This document shows positions 36,868 to 42,145 of a stretch of 48,455 nt of DNA, one piece after another. The stretch is taken from positions 1 to 48,455 of the forward strand of contig CALEOR010000139.1 of NCBI GenBank assembly GCA_937910245.1, given 5' to 3'. The notes under the pieces were generated by a model. That model saw nothing but the letters and a program-made list of their open reading frames with translations. It did no database searches and was not told the origin of the DNA. The stretch's first letter is position 1. The number at the start of each line of letters is the position of its first letter. A program made the translations under genes and the position numbers. This stretch comes from an uncultured Verrucomicrobiales bacterium (GTDB taxonomy: Bacteria > Verrucomicrobiota > Verrucomicrobiia > Verrucomicrobiales > Akkermansiaceae).

Positions 36868-37593
36868 CTATTCGTCCTCAGTCTCTTCATCAGAGTCCGG
36901 GGATGCTTCCTTGATCAACTTCTGATCCGCTTCGGAAAGCTTGGCGATGGGATAGGGAATCTTTTTCCCATTCTTGAGCTTGAACATGACGTTCTCGCCC
37001 TCGATCGCGGTCACAGCCGCTACCAGGGGCTTGCCCTCGCTGTTGGTCCAGGTGCGCTGAGCGATGAGCGGCTTGGCAAAGAGACCACCGTCATCATCCT
37101 CATCCACAACTTCGACATCCTTGAGGGCCTTCTTGATCGCCTTGTCAAAATCAGGACTCATGGGATGCCCTTCAAAGACGAGCTCACCGCTCGCATCAAA
37201 CACAACGGAATGGGGAATGCCCTTCATATTGGGCGCACGAGTGGAGCCCTTCATGATGGGGTAATTGATCTTGTGCTCCTTCACGAGCTTTTCAATCGCC
37301 TCCACCGAACTGCTCTGAACCTCGGGAGCGAGAATGCGGAGTCCCTTTTTGCTATACTTTTTGTCCATCTTGACCAGATGGGGCATGGCGCCAATACAGG
37401 GGCCTCACTTGGTTCCCCAGTATTCGAAAACCACAACCTGACCCTTGAGGTCTTTCATGGTTACCTCTTCGCCCACTTGAACGGTGCCAATTTCCCAATC
37501 AGAGAGCTTGGCATCGGCAGCCTGGAGGGGCAGGCCCACCGAGGAAACAGCAAGAATTGCTCCGGCTGCAAAATGTTGTAATTTAATTCTCAT
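36868..37593 (-). CDS. TlpA/ResA-like thioredoxin-fold protein with SHD1-like C-terminal module; candidate selenoprotein (UGPC redox motif)
   Basis: Two adjacent same-frame ORFs (37405-37593 and 36868-37386) are separated only by TGA at 37405-37407. The joined product reads ...VVVFEYWGTK-U-GPCIGAMPHLVKMDKKY..., so the TGA replaces the first Cys of the canonical W-C-G-P-C. It has a signal peptide. The C-terminal WTNSEGKPLVAAV...FKLKNGKKIPYPIAKLSEADQ resembles SHD1. Confidence 0.7.
37365..37381 (-). promoter_or_regulatory. SECIS-like hairpin downstream of the in-frame UGA
   Basis: The mRNA reads CCAUCU-GGUCA-AGAUGG: a 6-bp stem and a 5-nt loop starting GGUC. The stem begins 23 nt after the UGA. 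Confidence 0.45.
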
Positions 37594-37798
37594 AGATTTT
37601 TAATCTCTTCCTATACGAAATTATCCACCTTAATTTATCTATTTTTTATCATTTATTTTTTCGTTCCATTCTAATGAAACCGGCGTCCCGATGATATCCG
37701 GAAGGGTAAAGCTGGGCATCCAGGGCGATCAAGGGAAATAAGAGAACGACAAGGTTTGTGGCGTCGGCTGTTGGCGATTAGCCCGGTCGACCGCACCG

Positions 37799-37893
37799 CG
37801 AGAAAGCTAAGTGCCAACCGCTAAAAGCGAATCGCCATGGTGCGTAGGGCCCTTCGCTCCGCCCCGATCCCTTGATCGCCCTGCCGGGCATCC
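37799..37893 (+). repeat. Copy B of the conserved ~100-nt intergenic element (candidate structured leader RNA)
   Basis: It aligns with 28251-28348. The hairpin here is AGCGAA...UUCGCU, against AGCCAA...UUGGCU in copy A, a compensatory C:G to G:C change. It lies ~90-185 nt upstream of the ATG at 37985. Confidence 0.5.
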
Positions 37894-37984
37894 TGCAAGT
37901 TCCTCCTCTGCAAACTCTCCAGAAAGAGGCACTCTTTCCAAAATCCTGCAAGCCGTCCTCTCAAAACTCATTCGATCATCCGCT

Positions 37985-39532
37985 ATGAAAAAACCCACCG
38001 TCTCCGATCTGTCACCCATCCCGGTAGAGCTCAAAAAAGATGAGACTTACTACTATTGCACCTGCGGAAAGTCTGCCAACCAACCCTTCTGCGACGGCTC
38101 GCACAAGGGCACCGATTTTGTCCCCCAATCATTCCAGGCGACAGAAGACGGCACCGCCTACCTCTGCCGATGCAAACAAACGGGAGGTTCCCCCTTCTGC
38201 GATGGCAGCCACAAACAAGTCCCTGACGAACAAAGAGGAAAAGAATTCGCCCTCGAGAAGTCGGGGGACGCCGACGCCATGCCCGAAGCCACCTCGACCC
38301 CGGAAGAGCCCACCGTCGCTTTCATCCACCAACTCGCCCGGGACGGCCTCTCGAAACTGGGCCACCACGGACCGATGGGCGCCATGGGCGTCCCAAGGAA
38401 AGATCTCCCCGACTGGAACGACATCCAAATCATGGTGGCGCAACTCCACCGCAAACCCCTCTTCGAAGATGTCGCGGTGGGCACCAAAGTCATCATCGGA
38501 CCCGAAGCCAAAAAGCCCCTCGAACTCGAAATCCCCCTCTTCGTCTCCGACATGTCCTTCGGCGCACTTTCCGAAGAAGCCAAAACCGCGATGGCCAAAG
38601 GAGCCGAATTGGCCGGCACCGGAATTTGCTCGGGCGAAGGCGGCATGCTCCCCGACGAACAAGAAGCCAACAGCCGCTACTTCTACGAACTCGCCTCCGC
38701 GAAATTCGGCTACCGGGAAGAGCTTCTCGCGCGCGTCCAGGCCTTCCATTTTAAATGCGGCCAGGGTGCCAAAACCGGCACCGGCGGCCACCTCCCCGGC
38801 AACAAAAATACCGGACGCATCTCGGAAGTACGGGGGATCCCCGAAGGACAACCGGCGGTCTCCCCACCCACCTTCTCTGACCTCAACACGGTAGAAGACT
38901 TCAAAAACTTCGGCGACCGCGTACGCGAAATCAGCGGAGGCATCCCGATCGGCTACAAGCTCAGCGCCCAGCACGTTGAAAAGGACATCGACTTCGCCCT
39001 CGCGGGTGGAGCCGACTACATCATCCTCGACGGTCGTGGCGGTGGCACCGGAGCCGCCCCCCTTTTATTCCGTGATCATATTTCCGTCCCCACCATTCCC
39101 GCCCTCGCCCGCGCCCGGCACCATCTCAACAAGGTGGGCGCCAGCGGACGAGTCAGCCTCATCATCACAGGGGGACTGCGCACTCACAACGACTTCGTCA
39201 AAGCCCTCGCCCTTGGTGCGGATGCCATTGCCCTTGCCAACTCGGCGATGCAAGCCATCGGCTGTGTCGGAGCCCGCATCTGCAACACCAACCTGTGTCC
39301 TGCCGGCATTGCGACCCAGAAACCGGAACTCCGCAAACGTCTCAAAGTGGACCACGCCGCCAAGCGTCTTCAAAACTACCTCGAGGCCACGACCGAGCTG
39401 ATGCAGGTCATGGCCCGCGCCTGCGGCCACAATCACCTCAACCAATTTAATAAGAACGACCTCGCCACCTGGAAAAAAGAAATGGCGGAAATTTCAGGCA
39501 TCGAATTCTCCGGACTGGATCTGGAACGATAA
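37985..39532 (+). CDS. Fusion protein: tandem CDGSH iron-sulfur domains plus glutamate synthase-type FMN domain (GltB domain 2-like)
   Basis: I chose the start at MKKPTVSDL; the longer ORF from 37811 runs through the non-coding repeat. There are two CDGSH motifs (CTCGKSANQPFCDGSH and CRCKQTGGSPFCDGSH). GltS-type FMN-domain blocks follow (GEGGMLPDE, KCGQGAKTGTGGHLPG, IILDGRGGGTGAAP). Confidence 0.85.
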   Translation: MKKPTVSDLSPIPVELKKDETYYYCTCGKSANQPFCDGSHKGTDFVPQSFQATEDGTAYLCRCKQTGGSPFCDGSHKQVPDEQRGKEFALEKSGDADAMPEATSTPEEPTVAFIHQLARDGLSKLGHHGPMGAMGVPRKDLPDWNDIQIMVAQLHRKPLFEDVAVGTKVIIGPEAKKPLELEIPLFVSDMSFGALSEEAKTAMAKGAELAGTGICSGEGGMLPDEQEANSRYFYELASAKFGYREELLARVQAFHFKCGQGAKTGTGGHLPGNKNTGRISEVRGIPEGQPAVSPPTFSDLNTVEDFKNFGDRVREISGGIPIGYKLSAQHVEKDIDFALAGGADYIILDGRGGGTGAAPLLFRDHISVPTIPALARARHHLNKVGASGRVSLIITGGLRTHNDFVKALALGADAIALANSAMQAIGCVGARICNTNLCPAGIATQKPELRKRLKVDHAAKRLQNYLEATTELMQVMARACGHNHLNQFNKNDLATWKKEMAEISGIEFSGLDLER

Positions 39533-39599
39533 AGAAGCGGCCCAAGCTGGAAAGGCAAAACGATCAGCGATGAAAATCTCCGCAAAACAGCAAGGTGGG

Positions 39600-39684
39600 C
39601 TATTTTAGCTGAACGGGTTTGGCGAAAGTGCGCATCGATCTCTCGACGGCGGGAAAGAAGTCCTTGTTCCCCCGCTGCCCAGCA
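39600..39684 (-). pseudogene. Internally deleted remnant of a paralog of the 45641-47077 gene
   Basis: Positions 39600-39622 match the last codons plus stop of 45641-47077 (...AKPVQLK* vs ...AKPVRLK*). Positions 39617-39685 match its internal segment 46427-46495 (KDFFPAVERSMRTFAK vs KDFLPAVEKSMRTFAK). The two pieces are joined at the shared hexamer TTTGGC. Confidence 0.7.
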
Positions 39685-39912
39685 TCTCTCACCCAATGAT
39701 GAACGGGGCCGGTTTCTGAAAACCGCAAACGCAATGTCCTTTGTCGCGAGTTCGATAGGGCTCTTGATTTATTTGTTTGCAGTCGAAGTGCTCGGGATGG
39801 AACCCAATCGTGTTTTCCTGATTTGTGCAGGGTTGGCGTTTTTCGGGACGGGAGCTTTGATCTGGCGGATGCGCAAGCTGATGGCGAAGGAAGCTGGCAA
39901 AGAGGCCGCCTG
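39679..39912 (+). pseudogene. 3' fragment (77 codons) of an MFS gene paralogous to 35448-36707; part of direct repeat copy 2 (39679-40001)
   Basis: It translates to QHLSPNDERGRFLKTANAMSFVASSIGLLIYLFAVEVLGMEPNRVFLICAGLAFFGTGALIWRMRKLMAKEAGKEAA*. The intact gene has QHLSPDDERGRFLGTANAMSF...KEANKEAA*. There is no upstream coding continuation. It is fused to the previous remnant at CCAGCA. Confidence 0.8.
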
Positions 39913-39980
39913 ACCCCCAAATAGAGGGCCCGCATTGCCGATTGACCCGCCCCCCGTTGCAGTGGTGAAATGAACGAACG

Positions 39981-40526
39981 ATGGCTGATGTGACCCGTTG
40001 GCTGAATGCCTCCACCTCCTCCCGCGATGAGGAGATGTTCGCCGGTTTGTATGCCGAGCTCCACAAGATCGCGCGCGGCCGCATGGCGGGAGAGCGACCG
40101 GAACAAACCCTTGATGCGACCGGCCTGGTCCATGAGGCTTGGTTGCGGCTCGAGAAATCCGCACCGGAGGAGTGGCAAAATCGCAAGCACTTCTTCGGGG
40201 CGGCGGCCGAGGCGATGCGGCGCATCCTGGTGGAAGCGGCCCGCCGGCGCATGGCGGCCAAGCGCGGAGAGGGAGAGGGAGCGGTGCCGCTCGACGAAGC
40301 CCTGCCCATCCCCTCGGCGATGCCCGACGAACGGCTTCTCGCCGTCCACGAAGTGCTTGATCAACTCGAGAAGGAACACGAAATGGATGCCCAAATTGTG
40401 AAGCTGAAGTTCTTCGGCGGCCTGAAGCAGGACGAAATCGCGGCCCTCCTGGAAGTGAGCGAAAAGACGGTGCAACGGCATTGGATCATGGCCAAGACCT
40501 GGCTTTATCAAGCCTTGCAAGAATAG
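39981..40526 (+). CDS. ECF sigma factor, TIGR02999-like (kinase-associated type)
   Basis: A 181-aa ORF, ~70% identical by eye to the 29350-29898 product. The same signature blocks are present (LVHEAWLRL, FFGAAAEAMRRILVEAAR, VKLKFFGGL...EKTVQRHW). Confidence 0.9.
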   Translation: MADVTRWLNASTSSRDEEMFAGLYAELHKIARGRMAGERPEQTLDATGLVHEAWLRLEKSAPEEWQNRKHFFGAAAEAMRRILVEAARRRMAAKRGEGEGAVPLDEALPIPSAMPDERLLAVHEVLDQLEKEHEMDAQIVKLKFFGGLKQDEIAALLEVSEKTVQRHWIMAKTWLYQALQE

Positions 40527-40581
40527 ATTGAAGGCCCCGCAGTCTGCTTTGCACCAAGCCAAAAAAAAACTTCAAATCCGA

Positions 40582-40609
40582 TGACCCTTTTTTCCGGGTC
40601 ACAACGCAT
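40582..40609 (+). promoter_or_regulatory. Candidate ECF-type promoter TGACCC-N16-ACGCAT
   Basis: A copy of the bipartite motif. The -10-like box ends 8 nt before the MFS ATG at 40618. It is embedded in an ~85-nt cassette duplicated at 42060-42145. Confidence 0.5.
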
Positions 40610-40617
40610 GTTATTCC

Positions 40618-41943
40618 ATGGAGCCACAATCAGCCACCTTCCCCTCACCCGAAGCCGCCGTCGACCCGATGGACATCGACAGTAGCGGAGACGGTGTAAC
40701 GCCTCGCAACTGGATCTCGCTCATCGCGGTGTTAATCGTGCAGGCGCAGAACGCGTTTAACGACAACTTCGTCAAGTTCGTCCTCCTGGGACTCGCGATC
40801 GCAGCCTTCAAAGGCGGATTCATCGGCGACAATATTGAACACATCCTCGGGGCGATGATTCCCATCCCCTTCATCTTGCTGGCACCGGTCGCCGGCTATC
40901 TCTCCGATCGCTATTCCAAGCGCACCATTATTGTTATTAGCCTGATCGGCCAACTGACCATCTTCGCGCTCATCGCCATCAGCCTGATGTCGCACTTCGT
41001 CTACGGCGCACTGCTCGGCTATTTTCTGCTCGCCGTGCAGTCGACCGTCTTCTCACCGGCCAAGCAGGGCATTCTCAAGGAACTGATCGGCTCCGAGCGC
41101 CTCGGCTTCGCCAATGGCCTGATGCAAATGCTGACGATGGTCGGCATTCTCGGTGGCATGTTCCTCGGTGGCATGTTTTTCACCTCGCTCAATGAGAGCG
41201 GAGGAGACGAGTGGCGCTCCGCCCTGATCCCCACCCTCGTTGCGGGCTTGGCCGCCATCGTCCCACTGGTGCTGGTGCGCTGGATTCAAGCGACCCCTGC
41301 CCACCCAAAGATGCATTTCACCAGAGAAGTATGGGGTCGCCATTTCGTGCATCTCAAGGAACTGTTCAGGAACCGTATTCTGCGGCTGACTTCGCTGGCA
41401 ATTTCGAGCTACTGGTTTCTCGCCAATTTCATCGGCCTCGCGGTGATCGGATTCGGCAAGGAACTCAAACCCGATGGCGCTCCGGGTGCCTCGGCCTTGA
41501 TGATGGCCTTGATCGGCATCGGCTTAATCATTGGCAGCATCGTCGTCTCAACTCTCAGCAGGCACCGCATCCGGCTCGACATCGTGCCACTGGGCGTCGC
41601 CGGAATCACCGCCGGTTTGGTCGCTCTTGGCACTCTGCCTGCCGGCAGCGTCGCGTGGAATTTCAGCCTCGGCTTCATCGGCTTTTCCTCGGGTTTCCTT
41701 CTGGTTCCGCTCAACGCATTTCTCCAGGACCGTGCCTCGGAAGCCACTCGCGGGCGCATTCTCTCCGCCAACAACTTGCTGGCGTCTTTTGTCGGACTCG
41801 TCTCGATCGCCATTGGGCTCTTCATGACCAGCGCCCTTGATTGGGAGGCCTCCACCCAGGTGCTGATCTATGCGGGTTTCGGGTCCATCATTCTCCTCGT
41901 CTTGACCTTGCACTCCATGCCCATCCTGCGCCGGGCCCAATGA
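40618..41943 (+). CDS. MFS transporter (LplT-like), located between sigma and kinase
   Basis: A 441-aa ORF with ~12 TM helices. The N-terminal IVQAQNAFNDNFVKFVLLGLAI parallels VAQFFGAANDNLLKVVLSFAV of the 35448 paralog. Confidence 0.8.
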   Translation: MEPQSATFPSPEAAVDPMDIDSSGDGVTPRNWISLIAVLIVQAQNAFNDNFVKFVLLGLAIAAFKGGFIGDNIEHILGAMIPIPFILLAPVAGYLSDRYSKRTIIVISLIGQLTIFALIAISLMSHFVYGALLGYFLLAVQSTVFSPAKQGILKELIGSERLGFANGLMQMLTMVGILGGMFLGGMFFTSLNESGGDEWRSALIPTLVAGLAAIVPLVLVRWIQATPAHPKMHFTREVWGRHFVHLKELFRNRILRLTSLAISSYWFLANFIGLAVIGFGKELKPDGAPGASALMMALIGIGLIIGSIVVSTLSRHRIRLDIVPLGVAGITAGLVALGTLPAGSVAWNFSLGFIGFSSGFLLVPLNAFLQDRASEATRGRILSANNLLASFVGLVSIAIGLFMTSALDWEASTQVLIYAGFGSIILLVLTLHSMPILRRAQ

Positions 41944-42109
41944 GATCTGCCAGACGCCAGGACACACCACCATTGACGATCTGTCGCTCTCCTCAAAGTC
42001 AACAAGAAGACAGCGCCGCAACATTCGCTGATGGCCAGAACTTGCAGAAGTCGATGTAAGGTCCAGCAGCCTGCTTTGCACCAAGTCATAAAAAATACTT
42101 CAAATCCGA

Positions 42110-42137
42110 TGTCTTTTTTTTCCGGGCCAAGACGCAT
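42110..42137 (+). promoter_or_regulatory. Candidate ECF-type promoter TGTCTT-N16-ACGCAT
   Basis: A copy of the bipartite motif. The -10-like box ends 8 nt before the kinase ATG at 42146. Confidence 0.5.
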
Positions 42138-42145
42138 GTGATACT

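Noticed and set aside
37811-37984. An N-terminal extension of the CDGSH-GltS ORF (start at 37811, 58 extra codons).
   Set aside because: The extension runs through the non-coding repeat element shared with 28251-28348, where the same frame contains stops. The ATG at 37985 gives MKKPT directly before the CDGSH domains.
39943-39970. TGACCC-N16-GTGAAA upstream of sigma 3, considered as an autoregulatory copy of the ECF motif.
   Set aside because: The -10-like half does not match ACGCRT. It reads better as a sigma-70-like TTGACC/-10 arrangement, and the evidence is too weak for either call.
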